Positions 10,357 to 20,662 of a stretch of 64,000 nt of DNA are shown here, piece after piece (positions within the stretch are counted from its first letter, which is position 1; every line of letters begins with the position of its first letter). Source of the DNA: an uncultured Bdellovibrionales bacterium (GTDB lineage Bacteria; Bdellovibrionota_C; UBA2361; SZUA-149; DAOLCO01); assembly GCA_964612555.1 (NCBI GenBank), contig CAZTBW010000008.1, positions 71,404-135,403 of the forward strand, read 5' to 3'. A program made the position numbers and the translations under genes. The notes beneath the pieces were generated by a model that saw nothing but the letters and a program-made list of their open reading frames with translations, was not told the DNA's origin and searched no databases.

Positions 10357-11667
10357 TCAGCTCCTTACCCGTTCCAGAACCGCCACTGTCTCCACATAGC
10401 TCGTCTGAGAGAACATATCAAAAGGCTGGATTGAAGAAACCTCAAAACCCAATTCGCTTAATTGCTTTACATCCCTGACAAAGCTTGGAAGATGACAGGA
10501 TATAAGAATGATTTTTTTAGCCTTCACAAATTGAGATGAGATATTCCCAAGTCCACTTCGGGGAGGGTCGGCAATGATTACATCAGCACTGCTGATCGGG
10601 TTACGTTTTAAAAACACTTCGACAGAGGATTCATGGTAGCAGACATTTTTTTCAATGCCCGCTTCTTTAGCACTTTCCTTTCCAAAAAACACCAATCGGG
10701 GGTCTGTTTCAACTGCGGTTACTTTCGCTCCGGCATGCGCAAGTGGTAAGGTGAAGTTACCCGCACCTGCATACAGATCATACACAGTTTTTCCCTGAAG
10801 TGAACCACACTCCAGTATTACATGTTCGATGAGAGGTATGTTAATTCCCCAATTAACTTGAGAAAAAGCACCACCTGGTACCTTCAGGAAAATACTTTTT
10901 GAGCGGTTAAGGGGAAGTTCAAGAAAAGGCAAGCCACTCCCGGAAACTTCTTTCCCTTCTGCGGTGATGATAAAGTTTTTAAATACTTTTTTTGAAGCGG
11001 CATGAACTTCTTTCTGGTCTTTAAGGCTTAGTGTGTAGGGGGACGTAAGTATTGCAATTACATTACTTCCATCTGATTCCAGATATAGAGAGCTTATCTT
11101 TCCCTTGATTTCAGGAGCAATCGCATGTGCCGATTCAAGCATGACGTCTATTTCAGGAACGGCAACGGGGCAGGAGTGAATACTGACCACTGTTCTTGTC
11201 TTGTTTTTATAAAACCCGACCCGTCCGGAAGAATCAATATGAAGATGTATTCTTCTTCTGAAATGATATGACTCTCCGGGATATATCGGCTTTAGAAGTT
11301 CAATTACAGAAGAAGGAATCCTTCCGGCTCTAAGTGCTCCTTGTATCATTTGAAACTTGGTTTGGAGTTGTGCTTCATAGCGCATATGTTGAAGTTCGCA
11401 CCCGCCGCAGTCACCATAATGAGAACATTCAGGCTGGATTCTATGTTCTGAGGGGTTTGTAACCTCAAGCAGAGAAGCTTTAAGGTATCTGTCTTTACGT
11501 TCAGTAATCTGTACCTGTACCGTTTCGCCCGGTACTGCATAAGGGACAAAAGTGGTGATTCCCAGATATTTTTCGTCCTCTTCTTTAAAAACTTTTACTA
11601 CCTCACCTACAAAATCCCCGCCTACTGCGAGATTTCTTATATGAACCAGTGCGGTATGTGTGCTCAT
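10357..11667 (-). CDS. rlmD: 23S rRNA (uracil-5)-methyltransferase RlmD/RumA family (TRAM + Fe-S + SAM MTase)
   Basis: 436 aa; Cys cluster CSHYGDCGGCELQH after a TRAM-like N-terminus; C-terminal SAM methyltransferase fold (…VYDLYAGAGNFTLPLA…). Confidence 0.8.
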   Translation of the reverse strand: MSTHTALVHIRNLAVGGDFVGEVVKVFKEEDEKYLGITTFVPYAVPGETVQVQITERKDRYLKASLLEVTNPSEHRIQPECSHYGDCGGCELQHMRYEAQLQTKFQMIQGALRAGRIPSSVIELLKPIYPGESYHFRRRIHLHIDSSGRVGFYKNKTRTVVSIHSCPVAVPEIDVMLESAHAIAPEIKGKISSLYLESDGSNVIAILTSPYTLSLKDQKEVHAASKKVFKNFIITAEGKEVSGSGLPFLELPLNRSKSIFLKVPGGAFSQVNWGINIPLIEHVILECGSLQGKTVYDLYAGAGNFTLPLAHAGAKVTAVETDPRLVFFGKESAKEAGIEKNVCYHESSVEVFLKRNPISSADVIIADPPRSGLGNISSQFVKAKKIILISCHLPSFVRDVKQLSELGFEVSSIQPFDMFSQTSYVETVAVLERVRS

Positions 11668-11678
11668 AGTGTCTGTTT

Positions 11679-13151
11679 TCAGGGCTGAAGGACTTTAGTG
11701 TCTGCAATATTCTGATAGTGCTCCAGAGTGTAGCGCGCTCGAGCCAGATAGAGTGGGCTTATCTTTATATCCGAGCGGAGCATTTCAGATTTTGGAAGTT
11801 TGGCTTTTAAAGGGTCTACATATTTTCCATAATCGTAAAGACTGAAATGTAAATGAGGACCTGTTGCAAGACCGGTCATTCCAACCTTTCCTATGAGGGT
11901 ACCCTTGCTTACTTTTTTGCCACGAACAATCCCGGGAGATATTGCCGAAAGATGAGAATACCCGGTGGTATAACGATCAGAGTGTTTGATTTCAATGATA
12001 ATACCATGCCCCCCTTTTCTTCCCGCAAAGGTGACCACTCCATCACCAACGGTACGAACCGGAGTTCCTGTCGGTGCGGCAAAATCGACGCCGTTATGAG
12101 GTCGTTTAACCTTGAGCACCGGATGAAGTCTCCCATCAGAGAAATGACTGGATATCCTTGAAAACTTGAGAGGGTAGCGAAGAAAAGTATTTCCTATAAG
12201 GGTGCCGTCTTCATTGAAGTAACGAGCTTTCCCATCAGCGCCAACATAACGAATGGCGGTAAAGTGACTGCCTCGCACTTCAAGCGCTGCGGCAAGAATG
12301 GGACCTGAAGAGGTACCGGAACCCTCAAGTTGCTCACGTTCATGATAGATCAGTGAAAACCGGTCACCTTTTCTGAAATCTCTATGAAAAGAAATTCTAT
12401 CACTGAAAATATCTACCAGGTCGTCAACCATATCATATCCAAGACCGGCTTTTCTCGCAGCAGCTGCAAAGGAGGACTGAATGGTTCCAATGACGATGCG
12501 TTCCCTTAGCGCGGTTTCAATCTTTGAAATGGAAGGAGTAAAAACCCCCTGAGCGGTATGTTGCAGAATCAAACTCTCATCATTTGAAAGTTTGATTCTG
12601 ATAGAAGCAAGTGAAGTATCAGGAAGAAAGGTTCCCTCAAGAACGCTCCCGGTCTTCATAAGATTTTTTTGAGCCTTTTCTTTTTGAAACATGATCAGTG
12701 AGTCATGAGCTGCACCTGCCTGATCACTTGAAACCCCGTATCTTTCAAGGAGAGAACGGAGCGAGTCCCCACTCTTTACGTTGAAGAGAACGGTCATGTT
12801 GTTATCTGATTCTGAAGAAGCTCCCCCAGAAAATATCCCGGAGAACATAGGATTTTGTTCACTAAAAGTCCGATAAAGAAGCGGGTCTGATTGATACGAT
12901 TCATAGGATGGTTCAGTAAGAGTTTTGAAAAAGAGAGAGAGCCGATCCCAGGGAAGAAGCCAGTAGGCAATAAAGAGAAGCATGACCCCGAGCCCAATCC
13001 AGGTGGAGGGGGCTGCTTTTTGATACGATGTCCTGTTTGCCGAAACAGACCTTCTCGAACCACGAGTCGTAGTACTCTGTTCTCCAATAGACCTCTTGTA
13101 GGGAGGAATATGAGAAGGTTCAGAATCTCTGATTTTGAGAGTTTTAGTCAT
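11679..13151 (-). CDS. M23-family peptidoglycan metalloendopeptidase with N-terminal TM/linker
   Basis: C-terminal LytM motifs HNGVDFAAPTGTPV…GYSHLS…GLATGPHLHFSL. Confidence 0.8.
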   Translation of the reverse strand: MTKTLKIRDSEPSHIPPYKRSIGEQSTTTRGSRRSVSANRTSYQKAAPSTWIGLGVMLLFIAYWLLPWDRLSLFFKTLTEPSYESYQSDPLLYRTFSEQNPMFSGIFSGGASSESDNNMTVLFNVKSGDSLRSLLERYGVSSDQAGAAHDSLIMFQKEKAQKNLMKTGSVLEGTFLPDTSLASIRIKLSNDESLILQHTAQGVFTPSISKIETALRERIVIGTIQSSFAAAARKAGLGYDMVDDLVDIFSDRISFHRDFRKGDRFSLIYHEREQLEGSGTSSGPILAAALEVRGSHFTAIRYVGADGKARYFNEDGTLIGNTFLRYPLKFSRISSHFSDGRLHPVLKVKRPHNGVDFAAPTGTPVRTVGDGVVTFAGRKGGHGIIIEIKHSDRYTTGYSHLSAISPGIVRGKKVSKGTLIGKVGMTGLATGPHLHFSLYDYGKYVDPLKAKLPKSEMLRSDIKISPLYLARARYTLEHYQNIADTKVLQP

Positions 13152-13304
13152 TTAATATGCGTTTAATCTGTGTTCTGGTGGATTAGTAAAACATTAAAGA
13201 CGAAAAACTACCATTTGAAATCAATAAAATCGATATTAAAGTTGTAATTTTTTCATCGAGAGTGTTAGAGGAGTTACGTATTCCAGGAAATCAGAGTATC
13301 TCTA

Positions 13305-13772
13305 ATGAACGATAAATCAAGAATTCTTGCCCTTGATGTTGGAAAAAAGCGAATCGGGCTTGCCGTTTCAGACGAGCTTAAAATGTTTGCAAGTCCACTA
13401 CAGAGCCTTCCGATGGCTGGAGAAAAAGCACGGGCAATCAGTGAGATTCTGAATATCTGCAAGGAGAAGAACATCTCCACTATTGTAATCGGGAAACCCC
13501 TGAGCATGAGTGGGGAAGCTACTGATCAGCTTGTGTTTACTGAAAAATTTGCTGCTGCCCTTCAGTCTAAATTGCAGCAGGAGTCCTCAATAATGGATAG
13601 GGGTGGGGTAGAGCTTGTGTTTATAGATGAGCGTCTTACTTCCGTTCAGGCGGAGCAGTATCTGGCACATTCAGGTAAGAAGAACCTTGAAAGAAGAAAT
13701 GCGAAAGATCAAATTAGTGCATCTATCCTGCTGGAAACATACCTTTTATCACGTAAGCGTTCAATGGGGTAG
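13305..13772 (+). CDS. ruvX: Holliday-junction resolvase-like protein RuvX (YqgF)
   Basis: 155 aa; N-terminus RILALDVGKKRIGLAVSD matches the YqgF/RNase H-like signature. Confidence 0.85.
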   Translation: MNDKSRILALDVGKKRIGLAVSDELKMFASPLQSLPMAGEKARAISEILNICKEKNISTIVIGKPLSMSGEATDQLVFTEKFAAALQSKLQQESSIMDRGGVELVFIDERLTSVQAEQYLAHSGKKNLERRNAKDQISASILLETYLLSRKRSMG

Positions 13773-13875
13773 GTAGGGGGTTGAACGGTTTACTTTATCC
13801 CTACCCAAGAAGGGTTAGTCTTTATATATTAGTTACGTGTTTATAATGTAGAAAAACAATGAGAAAATATCGGGA

Positions 13876-14901
13876 ATGAAGTTTTTAGCTTTTATTGGAA
13901 GGACGGCTCCTTTTGTATTTGCGGTTTTTGTGCCCGTGTTTCTTGCTCTTGTGTTGTTTAATGTCTGGTTTTTAAAACCGGCTGATAAGTTTTCAACTGA
14001 GCTGATACCGGTTGAGATACCAAAAGATGCCAGTGTCGAGCAGGTAGCAGATATTCTTGCTTCCAGAAATCTTGTTAGAAGCAGATTTGCCACGAGGATA
14101 CTTTTGAATCGTATACAAAAAAAACAGGAGACACCACTTACTATTGTAGAAGGTGAATATGAAATTTCTCCCGCGCTTACTCCTTCAGAGGTGCTCTCTC
14201 ATGTACTTGAAGGAAAAACTATTAAAAGAACTTTCAGGATTAAGGAAAAAGACACCTATTTCGATATTGCTGCGGCAATTGAAAGGTCTGGGCTTTTTCC
14301 AAAAGAGACCATGTTGCAGGTAATGCGAAGAAGAGATCTTTTAATCAAACTCAGACTTAATGCCGGAATCCCCGAAGGCTATTTCCTTCCGGGGGAATTT
14401 ACTTTTTCAAAACCAATTACTCCCGAAGCAGTTTTTGAGACTATAATAAAGAAAAGCCAGGAAGATTTTAATGCATCATTTCCTACCAGGCAGAACAGAC
14501 TGGAAAAATTATACCTCGACACGTACCAACTTCTGATACTCGCTTCGATTATAGAAAAAGAAGGCAGTACCACGGAGATGAAGAAATTAATATCCTCGGT
14601 GTATTATAACAGACTCATGCTCCAGATGCCATTTGAAAGCGAGGAAGTCCTGGCATATGCTCTGGAAAAAGGAGTAAATGAAGTGTCTCTTCAAGACAGG
14701 ACAGTAGCGGGTCCCTACAACACCTTTCTCAGATGGGGTTTGCCCGCAACTCCCATTTGTACCCCGGGAAAGGACTCTATAAGCGCAAGCCTTTTCCCAA
14801 CAAGAAGTGAGTACTTGTATTTTCTCCCAAATCCCGGAACAACGGCTGATTTTTCTTATACCCTTGATGAGCATCGGCAGAAACAAAGAACCCGTAGATA
14901 A
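13876..14901 (+). CDS. mltG: Endolytic murein transglycosylase MltG (YceG family)
   Basis: 341 aa; N-terminal TM then YceG-like domain; conserved yqgF-yceG adjacency. Confidence 0.75.
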   Translation: MKFLAFIGRTAPFVFAVFVPVFLALVLFNVWFLKPADKFSTELIPVEIPKDASVEQVADILASRNLVRSRFATRILLNRIQKKQETPLTIVEGEYEISPALTPSEVLSHVLEGKTIKRTFRIKEKDTYFDIAAAIERSGLFPKETMLQVMRRRDLLIKLRLNAGIPEGYFLPGEFTFSKPITPEAVFETIIKKSQEDFNASFPTRQNRLEKLYLDTYQLLILASIIEKEGSTTEMKKLISSVYYNRLMLQMPFESEEVLAYALEKGVNEVSLQDRTVAGPYNTFLRWGLPATPICTPGKDSISASLFPTRSEYLYFLPNPGTTADFSYTLDEHRQKQRTRR

Positions 14902-14937
14902 GCTACTTTTAGGTACTGCATAAGTAATAACCAGGGT

Positions 14938-16938
14938 ATGGAATCTTTTAATCGACTGATTTCAAAAGTAAGAAAAACACTTCTGATAAGAGGCGCTCTG
15001 CCCCTGTTGGTTTTAAACGCATGCGTTCTCCTGATGCTCTACCCTGCATATTGTTTAAGACTGACAGGTACGTTCTCCCAAAATGTATTTTTCCTTGTCA
15101 TAATTTTTTGTCTGCTGGTAGTGTTTATCCTTGGGAGCTTCCTTTTTAAAAAATACCATTCAATAACAAAAGAGAAAATTTTTGAAACAATTGATACCGG
15201 AGAGGGTTCTGAAAGTCGTTTTTCAAGTATTATCAAGCTCGAAAAACACACTGATGAAAAACCATCGGCAGAGCATCAGGCAATAAAGACCTATATACAA
15301 CTGCAAGCGGAAAAAAGCTCATTTCGTATAAACCCTAAAACAATTTCCTATCCCTCAATAGCTCCCTTGTTAGTTTCCTTTGTCCTGCTTCTTCTTCTGC
15401 TTATAAGCGTGTGGGGAGCTGTTAAATATACGAATAAACAAAAAGAAGTATTTTCCAAAGAAAATGCTGATATGATTTCAAAACTGGAAGAGGTGCTCGC
15501 AGGGGATAGCGATCTTTCAAAAGAGACAAAGCAGGCAGCTAAAGAGTTGATTACTACCTTGCAGCATCAGTCTCTGGACTCGAAAGATGCAGGGGCTGGA
15601 ATACAGCAAATAGAGCAGGAAATAAAAAAGGAAGAAGAGAAAAAAAAACAAGAGAAGAGCAAGGAGGAGGAAGCACTTAAGGACATAAGAGAGAAAGAAG
15701 AATCGGAAACAGGAAAAAAAGAAAGTTCTCCTGAAAAAGAAGATGCAAAAGGTCAGGGGAAAGATGAAAGAAAAACAGAAAAACCTCAGGAGAGCAAAAA
15801 ACCGGATCGGGATGGTTTTCAAGAAAAGGACAAACCTCACGAGGAGAAAGTAGCCAGAGAGGATTCTACTGAAGAGTCAAAAGAGCCAGGCGAAAAAAAA
15901 GAAAAAACAGAGGAAGGAGATAAAGGAGAAAAGGAAAAAAAGGCGGAAGATAAAAAGTCTCAGGATGAATCTGCGTCTGATAAAGATAAGAGCAATGATC
16001 AAAGTCCTACTGATACCGGGCAGGAACGAAAGGAAGAAGATGCTTCAGGAGATGATTCGGGGGAGAAACAGGATATGGGTGAGGGAGCAGGAGGTGAAGG
16101 AGAGGGAGAAGATGGCGATGCTACCTCCTCCGGAGGAGAGGGGAATGCCGATGAAACTTCAGAAGAATCTGGTGGTGAAAGTTCAGAATCATCTGTAGAG
16201 AAAAACCCCGGGGAGCAGAATTCTCAGGAAAAAAATTCAGAAGGCGACTCTAAAGACGGCGGTGAGATGAGCGGGGGAGAAGAAGGAAAAGAGGGTGAGA
16301 AAAAAGAAGACAGCAGTAACAGTGTTTCAGAGGGCAAGGAAAAGCTTGAAGAGATAGTTTCAGAATTAAAAGAGAAAAGAGGAGAAAAAGGAGAAGAGGG
16401 TACTGCTGAGGGTTCAGAGCATGAATCACAAGCGGATACCACTAAAGAATCTGAATCAAGTGGTTCTGAAAAAAAAGAAAATGATAAAGATACCGTACCT
16501 GAGTCTGATCAGGAGGGAGCCTCGAAAGATGAAGAGGCAAGTAAGCAATCAGATAAAAGCTCAGGAGGTACCAGTGCATCGAAGGAGGAAAGCCGGGGAC
16601 TGCCTGATGATCAGGAATCAGCCTCAGAGGATTCAAAAAAACCACCGGAACCACAAGCTCAGGAAATGGAAGAGTTTGGAGATATTGAAAGCAGGGAACT
16701 GAGCGAAGGAGAACAGAATCCACTTTCGTTGGATTCTGTTGATTTTGAGGAAATGAAAATTGAATCCGAGAGAACCGCAGAAGGTGGAGAGGGGCTTATT
16801 ATTGACTCGATTGAACAGGAAAGTACTAGTGCATCAAGCAGGATGGAGATAGAATCTACTCAGTTCAAGAAGCCCCAGCTTGGAAAAACCGAAGAAGAAC
16901 AGCCCGTACCGCTGGAATATGAAAAGTTATTACGTTAA
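14938..16938 (+). CDS. Membrane protein with ~470-aa polyacidic low-complexity C-terminal region (E/K/S/G/D-rich)
   Basis: The first ~170 aa contain 3 hydrophobic helices. The remainder is extreme low complexity (…KEEEKKKQEKSKEEEALKD…GEGAGGEGEGEDGD…SESSGSEKKENDKD…). The coding strand is strongly purine-rich over ~15.5-16.8 kb. It ends 21 bp before moxR. Confidence 0.65.
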   Translation: MESFNRLISKVRKTLLIRGALPLLVLNACVLLMLYPAYCLRLTGTFSQNVFFLVIIFCLLVVFILGSFLFKKYHSITKEKIFETIDTGEGSESRFSSIIKLEKHTDEKPSAEHQAIKTYIQLQAEKSSFRINPKTISYPSIAPLLVSFVLLLLLLISVWGAVKYTNKQKEVFSKENADMISKLEEVLAGDSDLSKETKQAAKELITTLQHQSLDSKDAGAGIQQIEQEIKKEEEKKKQEKSKEEEALKDIREKEESETGKKESSPEKEDAKGQGKDERKTEKPQESKKPDRDGFQEKDKPHEEKVAREDSTEESKEPGEKKEKTEEGDKGEKEKKAEDKKSQDESASDKDKSNDQSPTDTGQERKEEDASGDDSGEKQDMGEGAGGEGEGEDGDATSSGGEGNADETSEESGGESSESSVEKNPGEQNSQEKNSEGDSKDGGEMSGGEEGKEGEKKEDSSNSVSEGKEKLEEIVSELKEKRGEKGEEGTAEGSEHESQADTTKESESSGSEKKENDKDTVPESDQEGASKDEEASKQSDKSSGGTSASKEESRGLPDDQESASEDSKKPPEPQAQEMEEFGDIESRELSEGEQNPLSLDSVDFEEMKIESERTAEGGEGLIIDSIEQESTSASSRMEIESTQFKKPQLGKTEEEQPVPLEYEKLLR

Positions 16939-16959
16939 CCGGATTAAAGGAAACTTGTT

Positions 16960-17952
16960 ATGAGTACTGTTGCCGTCGATGTTGCTGTACAGGAATTTAA
17001 TGCAATATTTGAACGACTGACTGCCGAAATAAAAAAAGCTATAGTCGGTCAGGAAGAAACAATTCAGCTCGTTGTTACCGCGCTCTTTGCAGGGGGGCAT
17101 GTGCTCCTTGAAGGGTCACCTGGGGTCGGAAAGACGCTCCTTGTGCGTACTATCTCAGAAGCGCTCCAACTGGAGTTCCATCGTATTCAGTTTACTTCGG
17201 ATTTGATGCCGAGTGACATTGCCGGTACTCAGATTCTTCTTGAAGATGAATCCGGAAAACGTCAGTTCCAATTCAGAAAGGGTCCGGTGTTTACCCAGTT
17301 ATTATTAGCTGATGAAGTAAATCGTGCCGGACCCAAAACACAATCTGCACTGCTTGAGGCAATGGAGGAAAAGCAGGTTACTATTCTGGGACAGACGCAT
17401 CAATTACCTCGACCTTTCTTTGTGCTTGCAACTCAAAATCCAATAGAGTTGGAAGGTACCTACCCGTTACCTGAAGCACAGCTTGACCGTTTTCTTTTTA
17501 AGATTTTAGTACCCTCCCCAAATGCGAGTGAGTTGAAAGAAGTTTTAAGCAGAACAACAGGCGATAAAGCACCTTCCATAAAGCCGATTCTTCCGCCGGA
17601 TCAGGCAGTGACGCAGATACTGATAATGCAGAATCTTGTAAGAAAGGTTGTGGTATCTTCAAGTGTGCAGGACTTTCTGGTTGGAATAGTTTTTTCTCTA
17701 AACCCTGAAAACTCACTTGCTCCTAATCGGGTACGACAATACGTGCGGTTCTCTCCAGGTCCAAGAGGGGCGCAGGCAATCCTTCTTGCCGCAAAAGTAA
17801 GGGCTTTATGTTCTCAGCGTATGAATGTTTCGACAGATGATATCAAAGCGGTGCTCCTTCCCACGCTTCGACACCGAATGATATTACAGTTTCAGGCTGA
17901 GGCAGATGGAGTTACGGCGGATGATCTTATTCGAGAAGTGGGAAAGCTATAA
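16960..17952 (+). CDS. moxR: MoxR-family AAA+ ATPase
   Basis: 330 aa; Walker A GSPGVGKT, Walker B LLADEVNRA, sensor regions; typical MoxR size. Confidence 0.9.
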   Translation: MSTVAVDVAVQEFNAIFERLTAEIKKAIVGQEETIQLVVTALFAGGHVLLEGSPGVGKTLLVRTISEALQLEFHRIQFTSDLMPSDIAGTQILLEDESGKRQFQFRKGPVFTQLLLADEVNRAGPKTQSALLEAMEEKQVTILGQTHQLPRPFFVLATQNPIELEGTYPLPEAQLDRFLFKILVPSPNASELKEVLSRTTGDKAPSIKPILPPDQAVTQILIMQNLVRKVVVSSSVQDFLVGIVFSLNPENSLAPNRVRQYVRFSPGPRGAQAILLAAKVRALCSQRMNVSTDDIKAVLLPTLRHRMILQFQAEADGVTADDLIREVGKL

Positions 17953-17967
17953 CACGTATTTTACTTA

Positions 17968-18819
17968 ATGAATATCAGACTTACTCCTGAAATTCTTAGA
18001 CGACTTCAGCAGCTCCGGATTCATCTCAGAAGGGCAGTGCTGGGGCAGAGACAGGGAATGCATGCTTCGCTGAGAAAAGGATATGGTCTTGAGTTTTCAG
18101 AGTACAAGGCATATAGCCCCGGGGATGATTTTAGAAGTATAGACTGGAATGTTCTTGCAAGAACCGATAAGATATATACGAGACAGTATCGTGAAGAACA
18201 GGACGTCAAAGTTCTTATAGTTCTTGATTACTCAAAATCACTTCACTATACTTCGCTTCCAAAACAACTTGCACTTGCAATCGCATACGTTACTCTTAAT
18301 TCAGGCGATAAAGTTTCAGTGCTTTTACCTGGGGTTGCGCAGTCTCCCTGGTCATCTACCCCTGCTTCATACCATGCTATTGTTAAAATGCTTGAGAGTA
18401 AGCAGACGATACCTGAAACAGAGTTTCTGCACCATGTTGGGCGTGCCACCTCTGAAATGAAAGTTCCTGGAAGAGTATTTGTCATTTCAGATATGCATTT
18501 TCCTTTGCAGGATTTGTTTTCTACTTTTGAATATCTCTATAAAAGAAATTTCGAAGCAACGCTCATAGAAATCAACACCATTGATGAATATCGCTTTGAA
18601 TCTTCTTCTCTTTTTGTCGATTCAGAAACCAGTGAAGAACTTGATGCCATCATGACTGAAAACGATTTTATTCGTTTAAGAACGCTCTACCTTGCACACC
18701 ACAAAGAAATAGAACGCGCATGTACACGATATAACTTCTCCCATACCGATATCCCCATAAAAACGCCTCTGGAGGACGCACTTTTTATACACGCACTACA
18801 GGGAGGTGTTTTCTCTTAA
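17968..18819 (+). CDS. DUF58 protein (vWA-like, MoxR partner)
   Basis: 283 aa; conserved DUF58 block …GYGLEFSEYKAYSPGDDFRSIDWNVLARTDKIYTRQYREEQD…VLDYSKSL…. Confidence 0.8.
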   Translation: MNIRLTPEILRRLQQLRIHLRRAVLGQRQGMHASLRKGYGLEFSEYKAYSPGDDFRSIDWNVLARTDKIYTRQYREEQDVKVLIVLDYSKSLHYTSLPKQLALAIAYVTLNSGDKVSVLLPGVAQSPWSSTPASYHAIVKMLESKQTIPETEFLHHVGRATSEMKVPGRVFVISDMHFPLQDLFSTFEYLYKRNFEATLIEINTIDEYRFESSSLFVDSETSEELDAIMTENDFIRLRTLYLAHHKEIERACTRYNFSHTDIPIKTPLEDALFIHALQGGVFS

Positions 18820-20662
18820 CATGTCATTCTTTCCTTCATTTAGTAATCCTCTGGCTTTTCTTGGACTACTTGGGATAGGAGTGCTCTACTATGCATATCG
18901 AAAAGCTAAAAGCAGTAACAAAAAAGAAATACCCTCACTATTTTTTATTAAGCAACTTGAGTTACCAAAGCAGGCACACAAAAGTAAAAAACTGCCTCTG
19001 CGCTTTTATCTGGAATCGCTGTTTGTTTTGTTGTTAGTGCTGTATCTGGCAAATCCTGAAATGCCCCGAGCCGGAAAAAGAGTGGCAATTGTTTTAGATC
19101 GTTCCATGAGTATGGGAGTTGTTAATTCTCAAGGAGTGGCAAGGTACAAGGAAGCTTCAGATTTATTTTTTGAGCGTCTGGAAAAAAAATCATCTGCTAA
19201 TGAATATGTCTTGTATCAGCTTCCTTTGTTTCTTAATCGGGATATCGTGAATTTTGCTGACATAGAAACCTTTGAAACCAAAGATGAAATAAAAAAACGT
19301 ATTTCTTCGATGGAACCGGTTTCATTTACTGATGGACTGGAACAGGCGATTCCTGAGCTGGCAGAGCACCTTGTGAGAAACAAGTTTGATGAATTATTTA
19401 TTATTTCGGATAAACTCGTACATGGTTCTCCCCATGAGTCTCTTACACTAAAATCAGTATCCGTTGGTTCATCTGAAAATAATCTTTATTTGATATCTGC
19501 AAGAACTCGAATTGAGACCGGAGCTTCGGTTGCTCTTGATATCGCATATGGGTTTAGTGGGAGTGGCTCGACCAGTGTCACTTTTGAAGTTAAGGAGATT
19601 TCTCCTAATGAGACGGTTCTGGAAAAGAGACAATCTGTGATTCAGGGTGGCTCAGAAAAAATTGAAACAGTGCTCCTTGGAGGAAATCTCCATAAACGAA
19701 ATGCCATTCTTCAAATTGAAGCGAAAATTTCACCGGTGAGAGACTCTCTTGAAGTTGATAATGAACTGTATCTGGTTCATGCACCCGAAATAATTGAATC
19801 ACCGGTAGTCTTTATAAGTCCTGATACAAAGAGAGATAAAAAAATAAGGGAAAGTCTTGAAGTAGCACTTCAAAAAAACCTCATGCACCTTGGGTGTAAA
19901 AATGTAGATGCTTTTCTGGAGAAAAATAGTCGTAAGAACTCGCTATATATATACTATAAGTGCCCTGCTCCTGAAGTGTTATATGGGAACACTTTAGTTG
20001 TCTTACCATCGCAGTCAAGCGCACTTCTGCCAATTAAAGAAGTAAAAACAAAACCTCAAATAACTTCCTGGAACAGTGCTCATGAGATAACAAGGTATCT
20101 GAAACTATCAATACTCTCTCTTCCAAATGGAGTGCTCTTTAATCAGATACCCTGGGGTAGTGCAGTAATTTCTGCTTCTGAAGGGGCTTTACTTCTAGCC
20201 GGAAGCAGTGAGGGTATGAAGCTTGTAGTTTCAGGAATTGAACTACTCCCATTTGAAGGGAGCAGAAATAAGGTCGGAAGTATTCTGCTTCTAAACATAT
20301 TTGCCGCACTTCAATCATTAAGTGATGAAACGGGTAGAAATACATACACAAGAGATCAGTTTAGTGAACTTCAGCAACTTACTCCTTCACGAATGAAAAA
20401 AGAGGAGGAGTTTTCACTTCTTGAAAGCGGTATCTATAAAGGTGTTTTTAAAGAAAGTGGTAAAAAAACCGTTTTTAATGTTCAAAATTTTTATCCTGAA
20501 GAGTCTGATACCTGGACAAAAATTAAACACTCTTTTGGAGAAGAACCTATAGTAATTTCAGAAGATGTGGCAGCATCATATGCCCGTTATCTTTTATTTG
20601 CAGGAATAGGGGTACTGCTTCTTGATCTTTTACTGATAGCAATGTTCAGGAGGGAAGTATGA
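18806..20662 (+). CDS. vWA-domain membrane protein, BatA-like (N-terminal double-TM, MIDAS motif)
   Basis: N-terminal two TM helices, then a DxSxS MIDAS motif (VAIVLDRSMSMG); C-terminal TM helix. Overlaps the DUF58 stop (an alternative ATG at 18821 is possible). Confidence 0.65.
   Translation: MFSLNMSFFPSFSNPLAFLGLLGIGVLYYAYRKAKSSNKKEIPSLFFIKQLELPKQAHKSKKLPLRFYLESLFVLLLVLYLANPEMPRAGKRVAIVLDRSMSMGVVNSQGVARYKEASDLFFERLEKKSSANEYVLYQLPLFLNRDIVNFADIETFETKDEIKKRISSMEPVSFTDGLEQAIPELAEHLVRNKFDELFIISDKLVHGSPHESLTLKSVSVGSSENNLYLISARTRIETGASVALDIAYGFSGSGSTSVTFEVKEISPNETVLEKRQSVIQGGSEKIETVLLGGNLHKRNAILQIEAKISPVRDSLEVDNELYLVHAPEIIESPVVFISPDTKRDKKIRESLEVALQKNLMHLGCKNVDAFLEKNSRKNSLYIYYKCPAPEVLYGNTLVVLPSQSSALLPIKEVKTKPQITSWNSAHEITRYLKLSILSLPNGVLFNQIPWGSAVISASEGALLLAGSSEGMKLVVSGIELLPFEGSRNKVGSILLLNIFAALQSLSDETGRNTYTRDQFSELQQLTPSRMKKEEEFSLLESGIYKGVFKESGKKTVFNVQNFYPEESDTWTKIKHSFGEEPIVISEDVAASYARYLLFAGIGVLLLDLLLIAMFRREV

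Noticed and set aside
13773-13875. Imperfect inverted repeat gggtagg…cctaccc between ruvX and mltG.
   Set aside because: The stem is short with a ~25-nt loop and no U-tract, and the two genes are normally co-transcribed.
15517-16723. Minus-strand ORFs (15517-15840, 16224-16442, 16442-16723) full of F/L/S repeats.
   Set aside because: They are antisense to the purine-rich low-complexity tract of the acidic protein gene. These are shadow ORFs with nonsense composition.
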